Part shown: positions 23,107 to 35,900 of the stretch, one piece after another
How the letters are laid out: each line of letters begins with the position of its first letter
How positions within the stretch are numbered: the first letter of the stretch is position 1
Assembly (NCBI RefSeq): GCF_036365525.1
Contig: NC_090416.1
Coordinates: 14,852,945-14,916,944, forward strand
DNA: 64,000 nt
Source: Heterodontus francisci
Lineage: Eukaryota
Direction: 5' to 3'
The notes under the pieces: model-generated
What the model was told of the DNA's origin: nothing
Database searches by the model: none
Seen by the model: the letters and a program-made list of their open reading frames with translations, nothing else
Program-made: the position numbers and the translations under genes

Positions 23107-25382
23107 GTGTACGTGAGCGCCGGACCTGTAAAAACAGGAAAACCACAGAGAGCTTCCACCTCAGACATTATTTTCCAGCTCAAGCGCAAGTTGGTAAGAA
23201 ATTGGGCCAGTGATTTCCACTACTCGCTGCACTTTGCACATCTCGTCGAAGGCCGCCCAAGCAGAATGGGTCTTTGTGAGGTTCACAGTAAGCGCCGCAG
23301 TCACAGGCAATTCGCCTCTTTGCTACCAGCACCCTCTCTGTTTCAAGCTCGCTTCTTTGTCATTTAAGGTCAAGCATTTCTGCAATACCATTTCAGACAT
23401 TCACTCAGTTCCAACATAGTCCGCTCAATTCAGAACCAGTTCTACCTGTAATTAATTCTTCCAGGCGCTTAAAATATAGATTAATGTAGCTTGCACTTGC
23501 CCCCCAGTTTCCAACCGGCATCATTCTTCTGAAGATGCCAAGGCTTGACATGGGTTCGACAGGAGTCTTCCAGAGAATTATGGAGAATTTACAGGACGAG
23601 TTTGATGTTCCGATTTTCTAACTGGATCAAGTTTTCCCATCAGAGAATCCCAGGAAAGAGTGGTTTGACAGAGCAGCAGTTGCTAAGTGTTTGTAAGATG
23701 GTGCATTCTGACCCTTCCTGTCGTCGTAACCATCGCGGTGATCCTGGTTCTACTCATGATCCTCATTTCCATTTGGATTCAGTAAAGCTGAAGGTCAGGT
23801 GAGAATTAATGTTTATCCAGGACATTTGAAAAACCATTACCAGTTTCAGTGTATTTAACACTGTGTCAAACCCAGCTAAACCCCAACACACATGCCAATG
23901 GTACAGATGTTTTAATATTTCCAGCTTCTTTTAAGATTGATTCTAAGACCACTCCACAATTCCCTTCTCAATATTTCGGGCAGGCGACAAACGATTTATA
24001 TTTTTGTCTGCATGCAGTTTCAGCTGGAAAGGAATGTTTCGTCCCGGTAACTGAGAGCAGTGGGAAGCTACAATGATCATCTTAATTTGTATCCAATCCT
24101 CATTATCTCTACAACGGGAAACATGGCGAATCCATCAGCCGCCCTGGTATCTAGTGATGGGATAAGTTAAGGTTTGGGGAGTAATGTCTTCAACAGACAC
24201 TTATCCACAGTGTAATCCCAGCAGTTAGTGTTTTTATTAGATATATCCATAACTTGCAGTTTAAAAAAAAATCGTTACAGGTTGTCGCGATTCCCCCAGT
24301 GGGGTTCCTGCTTTTAATACTTTAGCGTCATGAATTATTAGGGAAATGCAGATATAATAGGACATTCCTGGAGAATTGTGCCACGAACTCCAAGAACATT
24401 CCTAAATGATTTCCATCATAAAACGTTATTCAAAATTTAAGTATGTGTTTATGTGTGTGCATCTTTGTGCACGTCTGTGTGCGTATCTGTGTGCGTGTGT
24501 GAGTGTACCCTCTATCTATTCTTGAGATGTGGACGCCGCTGACAAGACCAGCATTTATTGCCGATCCCTCATTGCCCTTGGGAAAGTGGTGGTGAGCCGC
24601 CTTCTTGAACTGTTGCAGTCCGTGTTGTGCGGGTGCACCCACAGTGCTGTTAGGGAAGGAGTTCCAGGATTTCGACCCAGCGACGTTGAAGGAACGGCCG
24701 ATATATTTCTAAGATTTCTAAGTCAGGATGGTGTGTGACTTGGAGGGGAACTTACAGGTGGCGGTGTTCCCCTCTGTCTGCTGCCTTCTCGGCATGTTTG
24801 TATGTGTTAATGTTTGTGTGTGTCCATATGTCTTTGTTTCTGTGCCTCTGTGTCCTAACGAGACGCTGTCCCTATCTGTCTACAGCACTAAGCAGCAAGC
24901 TTGACAACTCTTCCCACTGAAGGCTTTTCCAATAATGCCCCAGACAGACGAATACTCCTGGCTTGCCGTTAGGGGAGCCATTGTGCCGGTTTCTCTTCTC
25001 TGTAACCAATATCCTGGGTCCATACTCCGGAATTGTTCCCCTTGACCCCGTAGCTACTTACGCTGGCAGATGACGTTGGACAAAACGTTGGGATTCGTTG
25101 GACGTATCTACCAATCAAATAGTCCTGTTGCCTCAGTCGATTTTTTTTCCAAAAGTAAACCTATTGGTTATTACTTTGAGGTATTGTATGATTTGTATTC
25201 GTCTCCAGTTGTTTTTAAACAGTAACATTCGTGCCTTATGGAGAACCAGTAAACTGATTAAAAACACAATTCAAATATCTATTTCCCTGTCTTAATATAT
25301 TTTCCAGGCTCAGGGCAGCCCACGTGAACAGACTCTTTACGAAGATTTGGATTTTGCTGCATTGAGTCAGGCAGCAATATGA
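23107..25382 (+). pseudogene. Chimeric receptor relic 1: B-type promoter/leader remnant plus A-type TM and tail exons, no V/C1
   Basis: ETS-RUNX block 23135-23147; TM relic ~23700-23798 (AVILVLLMILISIWIQ*..TCAG|gtgag); mini exon 24024-24046; terminal exon 25308-25382 AQGSPREQTLYEDLDFAALSQAAI*. Confidence 0.65.
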
Positions 25383-25829
25383 AGGAGGGTGAGAGACGAG
25401 ATCACAAATGGTTTCCATCGGATTTACAAAGGCATCCACTATCGGCGGAGATCGTCATTTAACTTGCAATGTAAAGCAACGGAGACTGTCAGCACACACC
25501 TAAAATATCTTAAAGCAAGGTGTTTAAGATGATTAAAGGATTCGATAGGGTAGAGAGAGAGAGAGAGACTATTTCCTCATATTGCAGGGAGTCCAGAACA
25601 GGGGTGCAGAACCTTAAAGTTAGAGCCAGGCCATTCAGGGATGATGTCAGGAAACACTTCTTCACACAAAGGGGTGTGGAAATCTGGTACTCTTTCCCCA
25701 AAAAAGCTGTTGAGGCCGGTGGTCCATTGGAAATTTCCAATGTGATATTGATTGGTTATGATTGGGTAAGGGGATTAAGGGCTACAGAATCACGGAAGTT
25801 AAATGGAGTTAATAGAAACAGAGGACATA

Positions 25830-27480
25830 GTAACATAGGAGCAGTAGTAGGCCATTCAGCCAATCGAGCCTGCTCCGCCATTCAATACTATCCTGACTGA
25901 TCAATCACTTCTATGCCTTTTTCCTACACTATCCTCATATCCCCTTATGTCATTTGTATTTATAAATCTGTCAATCTCTGCTTTAAATATACTCACTGAC
26001 TGAGTTTCCACAGCCCTCTGGGGTAGAGAATTCCAAAGATTCACAACCCTCTTAGTAAAGATGTTTCTCCTAATTTCTGTTCTAAGTGGCTTCCCCCTCA
26101 TTTTGAAATTGTGTCCCCTGGTTCTAGACTCCCCAATGAGGAGAAACATCTTCGCTGCATCTACCCTGTCTAACCCTTTAAGTATTTTGTAGGTTTCAAT
26201 GAGATCACCTCTCATTCTTCGAAACTCTAGACAATACAGGCCGAGTTTCCCCAATCTCTCTTCATAGGAAGGTTCTGCCAACCCGGGAACAATCTGGTGA
26301 ACCTTCGTTGCACTCCCTCTATGGCAATAGTATCTTTCCTCAGGTAAGAGGACCAAAACGGCACACAGTGCTCCAGGTGCGGTCTAACTAAGGTTCTATA
26401 CAATTGAAGTAGGACTTCACTACTCCTGTACTCAAATCCTCTTGCGATGAAGGCTAACATACCATTAGACTTCTTAATTGCTTGCTGCACCTGCATGTTA
26501 GCTTCCACTGACTTATTGACAAGGACACCGAAGTCCCTTTGTACATCTACACTTTCTGATCTCTTACCATTTACGAAATACTCTGCATATCTGCTCCTCC
26601 TCCCAAAATGGATTACCTCACATTTTTCCATATTCCATCTGCCACATTCTTGCTGACTCACTAAGTCTTTCCAAATCCCCTTGAAGCCGCGTTGCATCTT
26701 CCTCACAGCACACATTCCCACGTAGTTTTATGCCATCCGCAAACTTAGAAATACTATATTTAGTCCCCACATCCAAACCATTGAGATATATTTTGATCAG
26801 CTGAGGCCCAATCACTGATCCTTGTGGTACCCTGATAGTCACAGCCTGTCAACTCGAGAATGATCAGTTTATTCCTACTCTCTGTTTTCTGCCTGATAAC
26901 CAATCCTAATCTATGCCAGTATATTACCTCCTATCCCATGTGCTTTAATTTTGCTAACCAACCTCCTGTGGGGGACTTTATCAAAGATCTTTTGAAAATC
27001 CAAGTATACCATGTCCACTGACTCTGCTTTATCAATTCTGTTGGTAACATCCACAATAACCTCCAACAGGTTGGTCAGACACGATTTCCCATTCATAAAT
27101 CCATGTTGACTATGCCCAATCAGATCATTATTATCCAAGTGTCCAGTTATTCCTTCAGAATCTAGCATTTTCTCAACGACTGATCTAAGGTTAACAGATC
27201 TATAATTACCTGTATTCTCTCTCCCTCCCCCCTTAAATAGTGAGGTGACATTTGCTACCTTCCAATCTGCAGGAACCGCTCCAGAATCTATAGAATTTTG
27301 GAAGATGATCACCAATGCATCCACCATCGCCATAGCTACGTTTTTCAACACTCTGGGATGTAGAATATCAGGTCCTGGTGACTTATCAGCCTTCAGCCCC
27401 ATTATTATTTCCCAATACAACCTTCTTACTCATACTAATTTCCTTCAATTCCTCATTCCCCGTAATCCCTTGGATCTCTA
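25830..27480 (-). mobile_element. CR1 LINE ORF2 3' half, degenerate
   Basis: [64 protein letters not shown] motifs. Confidence 0.92.
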
Positions 27481-28029
27481 ATTCTCGGATATTTCTTGAG
27501 TCTTCCGCTTGGTTAAGATACAGATCAGCCGTGATCAAACTGAATAGCGAAACCGGCCTAAAGGGCGATACTGGGATTATGATAAATACATGTCCAAAGA
27601 TCTCACCTGCGAGTTGACCTGATGCTTACTCAGAAAAGTTCCTGATTTGAGTAGATAATGCTGTTAGCCGCTAGGGGCGCTCTATCTAATTTACATTGAG
27701 TGTCAATTAAACCCAGGGCCTACCATTCGCTTCAATGTGCATTCCCTCAAGAGCCACCAAGATTGATTGATCAATTGACCTTAGACTAATTAATTAAACA
27801 GGACTGATTAATTTACCGGACATTAAATATGCTTAATTCTTCAGAGATTTTGTTGTCGTCCGTTATATTTCTAAAACGAATTCTTGGGAAACTGTGTTCT
27901 TTCCCAGAGTATAGTAATGAGTTACCCTGCAATAGGATTTAAAAACACTGCACATCCAGGTGTCAGCAGCGGCTCAGTTGGCTCTTGAGTCAGAAGGTTG
28001 TGGGTTCCAGGCCCAGTCCAGATCTCAGG

Positions 28030-28395
28030 ATGTCTCAAAATGTTTTACAACCCATGATGTACTTTGGAAGTGCAGTCACGCTTGCAATGTAGGACACCCT
28101 GCAGCCAGATTGTGCACAGCAAGCTCCCACAAACAGTAATGGGCTAATTACCAGATAATCTGCCTTAGTGATGTTGGTTGAGGAACTAACATTGAGCAGG
28201 GCACCCTGCTCTTCTTCAAAAGACTGCATGAGTTATTTTACGTCTGAGAGGGCTCGGAGTAACGTCTCAGCAGAAAGCTGATACCTCCGACAGTGCAGCA
28301 TTCCCTGAGATCTGCACTGGGAGAGTCAGCCTGCATTTTGTGCTCAAGACTCTGGAGTGGGGCTCGAACAATAAATCTTCTGACTCAGAGATGAG
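28030..28395 (-). mobile_element. Deu-domain SINE
   Basis: tRNA-like head near 28390 on the minus strand plus Deu core; paralogous to ~60760-61112. Confidence 0.6.
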
Positions 28396-29548
28396 CAGAG
28401 GAGGTTGTTGAATTCTCCAACTGCTGAAAGAACAGAATTGCCAACGACAAGGCCAAATAAGGACATAAAATCCTCTACTGGGAAGACGTGAATACCTTGG
28501 ATGATACCTGGGAGACGTTTATCAAACGTTGTTCTTGTGAATTAAATTCTTGCACAGTAAAAGTGTACAGACAGTATCTGTACATGTGTGTTTCAACATT
28601 ATATACACCTTGAGGAATAGAGTAGCACACACTTATTCTGTTCCAGAACAGAATTAATTCCAGTGTTGACACATTATAATACATAGACACTTACCCGCAT
28701 TAAGTAGCTTTTGGAATTGGTTTGACCATTTCACCAGTCTGTATATCTCACCCTGAGTCTGTTACTATTATGTTCACTAGTTATTGCATTGCCAAGTTTT
28801 GTATCATTCGCAAACATCGAAATTGCACTCCCTCTACCAAGGTCATATATATATTTCTAATCCGATGCCGTGGGAGACCCCACTGCATACTTCGCTCCAG
28901 TCAGAAAAACATCTGTTCATCACTACTCTCTGCCACCTATCTCTTGGCCAATTTTGTGCCCAGGTTACCAGCGTGCTTTTAATCCAATGTGCTTCTTTTT
29001 GCTGAATAAATCTGTTATGAGGTACTTATATATATGCGTAAATTTCATGTATAATGAATGAATTGGGTAGTTATCTGAAGAGAAAATGCTGCAGATCTCT
29101 GATGAAAGGGGAGTGTGACTATCTGAGTAGCTCTTACACAGAACCAGCACGGACACCATAGGTCGAATAACCTCCTTCTGTGCTGTAACCATTCTATGAT
29201 CCTATAACATCCAAAGCACGGCCTTCATCAAATATTTTTGGAGGTCATCCAGGAGCACAATGGGCTGGATTTTATCAAATGACATGAAGTCCCAACACTA
29301 GGGTCATTTGCGGGTCCCTTGGCCGCGTGGGTAGGTGGCGGGACTTCCGTGGCGTTCTTCCGCTATGCGATCAACTAGTGCATGGTCTGCGGGGGTGGGG
29401 CGGGGCGACAAATAACCGATGGTTTGCGGGGGCTAGTTCCAGCAGTGAAATTGCCGGTGCCATTTTAAAGGCCAGTCTGCAGCCTTAATACTGGCTGCAC
29501 ACAGAGAAGGTAGAGGAAGGGGTCTAGCAGAAGGGAACTTGTGGCGAA

Positions 29549-30150
29549 ATGGCTGCAGTGAGAGGAAGAGTTGATGCACTTTTCAGTGTCGCCTCCCTGT
29601 TGGTGCTCCTGCCTGTGGCGAGGGAATGGGGAGAGGTTCTGTTCCCAGTAGGCGGGAGGAGGAGGCGAGAAAGCCTCATAAAGAAGGTCTGGCTGGAGGT
29701 GGCCGAGGAAGTCAGCAGTTGCAGGGTGGTCAGGCAAATATGGGTGCAGTGCTGGAAGTGCTTTAATGACCCAGTGAGGTCTGGCAAGGTGAGTGGCATG
29801 AATGATGGCAAGGTGGCAGCCCTGGCTGTCTTATATGGCGGCCATGAGGCGAGATGACCCATCCAATGCACTGGGAGGCACCAAGGATCACTGTTTGCAA
29901 TGAGCAGCAGTGTGCTCTAATAACGTAGGTGGAGGAGGAAGCGATGGATATTGGATGGGTGGAAGCAGGTGAGCCTGCCGCAGAGAGTGAGGTGGGTGTG
30001 GAGCCCAGACAGAGTGAGAACAGCGATGGTCATGGTGCCAAACCTTCGCACTAGTGTTTGCAGTGATGTCTCTGTGGCCCTTGATATCCTCATGAAGCTT
30101 TCGATTCTGGACAGGGAGGAGGATGTGGGTGGATATGGAGGTTGTTAGCA
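29549..30150 (+). mobile_element. Degenerate PIF/Harbinger-type Myb/SANT-like DNA-binding protein gene relic
   Basis: MAAVRGR..FS.ASL.VLL..LFP..RR..KKVWLEVAEEVSS..WVQCWKCFND..RSGK|gtgagt, then a second segment RVRTAMV.VPNL.. Confidence 0.7.
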
Positions 30151-30819
30151 CCACTCTCGGCTCTTCTGCAGGACGAGTAGCGGATGCGGTGCCACCGAAG
30201 GCATTGGAGCCACCTGAGACCTCAGAAGAGGAGTCATCGCCTGAGGAGGAATTAGTGAAGTAGCGCAGGGCTGATGCCCTCATGTCTTTGGGCATTGATG
30301 CGCGTTTAGAACGGTTGGCACTAGCAGGCGAGAATGGCACAGCCACACCACAGCAGCGACACCTGCATCCAGTCCCCACCGAAGCTGCTTTTTTGAAAGC
30401 AGCTGGGATGAACCAGAGGGAACGAGAAAGAGAATAGCCAGCAGTTTGTGTTTGGAACCAGCTGGACCCGGTAGCATAGAGATATCAGGAGCCAATGGTG
30501 CTCTCATATTCGAAGTCACTGCGCAAGAGTGCCTCTCAGGCCCATGCTTGAACTGGGGAATCCACAATCGTGAGGTGTTGAAGGAGAGTTGAAGGAGAGT
30601 TGAAGGGTTCGCCAGTGTAACAGCACTAAAAGTCTGTTCTAATTATTTGGCGCCAAGCTGCTCACGATTCACCACAATCAATGCCGTTTCAACAGCCTCC
30701 AAAGGACAGTAGTGGGCAGAATTCTCTGTATTTAACCTGAGCTCAAGGGTTTTGCATCCGGACCCTGTGAGGCAATGGTGTTAAAATTACACAGCATGAA
30801 ATCGACTGTATAACACAGA

Positions 30820-31200
30820 ATCAAGCTATTCGGCCCATCTGCTCTGTGCTGGGGTTTGTTCTCCACACGAGCCTTCTCCCACTCCCTCTTCATCTCACCC
30901 TATCAGCATATCCTTCTATTCCTTTCTCTCTGGTGTGTTTATCCAGCTTCCCATTAAAGACCTCTGCGATTCCCCTCAACCACTCCCTGTGGTAGTGAGT
31001 TCCGCATTCGCTTCACTCTCTGGGTAAAGAAGTTTCTCCTGAATTCCCATTGGATTTATTGGTGACTACCTTATATGTATGGTCTTTAGTTCTCCCCAAC
31101 AAGTGGAAACATGTTCTCTACGTCTACCCTATCGAACCTTCATAATTTTAAAGACCTGTATCAGATAATCAGTCAGTCTTCCCTTTTCCAGGGAAAAGAG
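30820..31200 (-). mobile_element. CR1 3' fragment
   Basis: Reverse complement of the same CR1 3' family seen at 5420 and 13590. Confidence 0.75.
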
Positions 31201-31919
31201 CTCGAGCCTGTGCCAATTTTCACCGACCTTACGCCCACTATTCCACTTGATTAGCCCAAAGTTTCAGCCAAAATAACGAAGTACATTGAAAAAAGATTGT
31301 AACCGTGCTTTCAGGAGTTTACACACTGACACTTGAAAAAAAAAGCAAATACTGCAGATACTGGAAATCTGATATCAAGGCAAAAATGCTGGAAATGCTC
31401 AGCAGGTCAGGCAGTATCAGTGGAGAGTGAAACAATTTGCATTTATATAGTGCCTTTAACTCCACTTCACCGGAGAGTCATTCAGACCAAATCTGATACC
31501 GAGCCACTTAAAGATATATTAGGACAGGTGACCAAAAGCTTGGTAGAGTTTAAGGAGCGTCTTAAAGGAGCTGAGAGAGGCAGAGTGGTTTAGGGAGGGA
31601 ATTGCAGAGCTTAGTGCCCAGGTAGCTGAAGGCACGGTGGCCAATGGTGGAGCGATGGGAATGGGGAATACTTAAGAGGTCAGAACTGGAGGAGGGCAGA
31701 GATTTCGGATAGTTTTCGCGGCTGGAGGAGGTGGCAGAGATAAGGAGGGGGTGACAAGAGGGGGACAATTGAGGAAGTGGAAAACAAGGATGAAAATTTT
31801 AAAATGGAGGCATTGCCAGACTGGGAGCCAATGAAGAACAGCGAGTGCACGGAGGTGATGGGTGAACGCGACTTGGTGTGAGTTAGGACATGGGGCAGCA
31901 GCGTTTTGGATGAGCTGAA

Positions 31920-32290
31920 TCCAACATAAAGTCAGAAGTGGCGATGTTCTCTGATGATTGCATGATGTTCAGTACCATTCGCCCGTCCTCAGGTGCTGAA
32001 GCAGTCCATGTCAATATGCAGCAAGACCTGCACAACATTCAGGCTTGGGCTGATATGTGGCAAGTAAAAAACGCGACACAGAAATGCCAGGCAATGACTA
32101 CCTCTAACAAGAGAGAATCTAACTATCTCCCCTCGACATTTAACGGCTTTACCATAGCTGAATTCCCCACCATCAACATCCGGGGGCTTTCCATTGACCA
32201 TAAACTGAACTGGAGTGGCCACATAAATACTGGGGCGATAAGAGCAGGTCCGAGGCTGGAAATTCTGTGGCGAGTAACTCACCTCCTTTT
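31920..32290 (+). mobile_element. LINE (CR1/L2 clade) RT fragment
   Basis: MFSDDC..QQDLHNIQAWADMWQV..KCQAM..IDHKLNWSGHI. Confidence 0.8.
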
Positions 32291-32539
32291 GTGGGCATGG
32301 CTGACGGGGGCACTGCTCTCAGGCTCTTGAAAAAAGTCATCCAATCTTCAATTCACCGAGGTACCACTCACTGGATGGAATCGAATCCACAGCAAATTGA
32401 CCATCTGGGCTTGTACTACATCACCTCCAACACAAGAGGGCACCAAACAGTAGCACTCACGATAGAAATTCACATTTCCGGTCTAAGCTGTCAGTTCCTC
32501 TATCGAAAATTACCAATACAAAAATTCTGATAACAATGG

Positions 32540-32960
32540 CAAACCATTGACAATCCAACTACTTAAATTTTGTGAGGGTTTCTGTCTCTTCCACCCTTTC
32601 AGGCAGTGAGTTACAGGTCCTCACCACCCTGTGGGTGAACAAAGGTTTCCTCATCTCCCCTCTAATCCTTCTATCAATTACTTTAAATCTATGCCCCCTG
32701 GTTTTTGACAACTCCCTCACCCCTCTGTTTAGGTAAATGGGTCGTCCGTATTTACTTTGTCTCGGCTCATAATTTTATACCAATCAATTATGCCACCCCC
32801 TCAGCGTCTTCTGTTCCAAGGAAAACAATGCCAGCCTATCCAATCTTCCCTCATAGCTAAACTTCTCCAGTCCTGGCAACGTCCTCGTAAATCTCCTCTG
32901 CACCCTTTCCAGTGGAATCACGTCTTTCCTGTATTGTGGTGACCAGAACTGTACGCAGTA
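32540..32960 (-). mobile_element. CR1 3' fragment
   Basis: [34 protein letters not shown]. Confidence 0.8.
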
Positions 32961-35900
32961 ATCAAGCTGCAGCATGTGGGAGCTCCTGGATGCCAATGTG
33001 ATCCAGGGAAAACAGGTCTGCAGTAAGTATTTGTGGCTCAAAGAGCTTCGGCTCAGTTATTGCACTGGAGTCCGAGCTGCAGACACTGCGACACATCAGG
33101 GAGGGGGAACGTTTCCTGGACAATTTGTACAAGGAGGCGGTCACACCCCTTCGGATAGGGTCTTCTGATTTGGTCAGTGGTCAGGAACAGGAGAATGTGG
33201 CTGCAACTGAGGCAGGTAAAGGGATCCAGAAAGCAAGAATGCAGGAGCCTCAGCCTTTGCGATTGTCCAACAGGTTTGAGGTTCTTTTCGCTTGTTTGGA
33301 TGAGAGTGGGGGCTGTGGGTGGATGAGCAACCTGATCATGGAACCATGGTATAGGAAGCCATTCAAGTGAAGGGAGAAGAAAAGGAATGTAGTGGTGTAG
33401 TGGATAGTATAGTTAGGGGGATTGACGCTGTTCTTTGCAGCAAAGAGCAAGAGTCCAGATGGTTGTTTTGCCTGCCCGATGCCAGGTTTCAGGACATCTG
33501 CTCAGGGCTTGAGAGAGAAACCTACAGTGGGAAGGGGAGGATCTAGTCTTCGTGGTCCAGGTAGGTACCAACAACATAGTCAGGACAAGCAAAGAGGTTC
33601 TGTAAAGTCAGTATGAGGAACTAGGCACCAAATTCAGAACCAGAACCTCAAAGGTAGTAATCTCTGGACTATTACTTGAGTCACGTGCAAATTGGCATAG
33701 GGCAAATAATATTAGAGAAATTAATGCGTTGCTCAAAGACTGATGTGGTAGAAGTGGGTTCTGGTTCGTGGGGCACTGGCACCAGCACTGGGAAAAGGGG
33801 TGGCTGCACCGTTGGGACGGTCTACACCTGAATCATGCTGGAGACGGTGTTCCAGCGAGCCGCATATCTGGGGAAGTAGATAGGGTTTTAAACTGAATAG
33901 TAGCGGCAAGGGATCAAATTTGTGAAGATATGGTCAATCAAGGAGTAGAGACAAGGCAAGAGAGAAAGATATGAATATGGGAACTGATAAACAGACTGTG
34001 ACAGGAAGAGACCAAGCGTACAAATCTAAGAGTAAATCAACAGATAAGGCTGGAGGTTACAAAAATAATAAAAGGACAAAACTGAAAGCTCTGTATCTGA
34101 ATGCACGTAGCAATCGAAACAAAACTGATGAACAGTGCAAGTAGGAATAAATAAGTATGATCTGATAGCAATTACAGTGACATGGCTGCAGGATGACATA
34201 GATTGGGACCTGAATATTAAAGGTGACGTGACATTGCGGAAGGACAGGAAGCTAGGAAAGGGTGGAGGGGTAGCTCTGTTAATTAATGATGGCATTAGCG
34301 CAATAGAGAGGGATGACCTAAGTTCAGGAGACCAGGATGTAGAAGCAGTTTGGGTAGAGATGAGAAATCCTAAAGGCAAGAAGTTCACTTGTGGGAGTGG
34401 CGTACAGGCCACCTAACACTAACCACACTGTGGGACGGGGTATAAAGGAAGAAATAATGGCAACGATAATTATGGGGGATTTTAACTTATATATAGACTT
34501 TAAAAATCAGATAGGCCGAGGAAGGTTAGGTGAGCAGTACATAGAATGTTTTCGGGATAATTTCTTAGTACAATACGTTCTGGAGCCAACCAGAGAGCGG
34601 GCTATACTAGACCTAATATTGTGCAACGAGGTAGGATTAATTAATGACCTCATAGTTAAGGCATCCCTGGGTAGCAGCGATCATAATATGATTAAATTTT
34701 ACATTCAGTTTGAGGGAGAAAAGGGTGGGTCCAAGACTAGTATTTTAAGCTCAAATAGGGCAATTATAAGGGAATGAAAAGAGTGCTAGCTAAAGTGAAG
34801 TGGCAAATTAGGTTGAGGGATAGGTTAATAGAGATACAATGGCAGACATTTAAGGGGCTATTTCAGAATACGCAGAATAGATACATTTCAACGGAAAGAA
34901 AAATTTTCAGGGTGGGACTCGCCATCCGTGGTTAACGAATGATATGCCACAGGAATCTGTGCTGGGGACTCAACCTTTTACAATTGACATAAATGACTTA
35001 GATGAAGAGACTGAAGGTATGGTTGCTAAATTTTCTGATGATGCAAAGATAGGTGGGAAAGTAAGTTGCGAAGAGGACATAAGGGGGCTACAAAGGGATA
35101 TGGATAGTTTATGTGAGTGGGAAAAGAGCTGGAAAATGGAGTATGATGTGGGAAAGTGGGACATTTTCCACCTTAGCAAGAAGAATAAAAAAGAAGCATA
35201 TTATCTTTAGTTAATGATAGCATCAAACTTAATGAAAAAGCCTATATTTGCACAAAGATGGGAGGCATTTCAGAAGATTGGACAGAATATAAAAAACAGC
35301 AAAGAATGACTAAAAGAGTGATAAGGAAAGTAAAATTCGAATACGAGAGAAAGCTAGCTGGAAATATAAAGGCATGTAAGTTAGAGTTTCTATAGATATT
35401 TAAAAAGAAAAGAGTTAACAAAGTGAACGTTGGTCCTATAGAAAGTGAGCCTGGGGAAATAATAATGGATAATAAGGAGTTGGCAGATGAATTGAACAGA
35501 TATTTTGCATTGGTCTTCACTGCAAGTATCATCCCAGTATTAGCTGTAAGTCAGGAAATGGAAGGGAGGGAGGAACTCAAGAAAATTACAATCACCAGGA
35601 AAGTGGTACTGAACAAATTGTTAGAGCTGCGGTCTGACAAGTCACCGGGTCCTGATGGACCTCATCCTAGGGTGTTAAAAAGTAGCTAGTGAGACAGTAG
35701 ATGCGTTGGTTTTAATTTTCTAAAATTCCCTAGATTCTGGGAAGGTTCCTTTAGATTGGAAAATAGCCAATGTAACTCCTTTATTCAAAAAGAGAGGGAG
35801 AGTGAAAGCAGGAAACTGCAGGCCAGTTAGTTTAACATCTGTCATAGGGAAAATGTTAAAAGATATTACTAAAGACGTTATAGAAGGGCATTTCGAAAGC

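Larger units (their letters stand above)
8770..30330 (+). repeat. Segmental duplication unit 1 (direct paralog of ~39980-63110)
   Basis: Collinear exons, introns, intergenic DNA and shared old repeats; offset ~31-33 kb. Confidence 0.9.
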
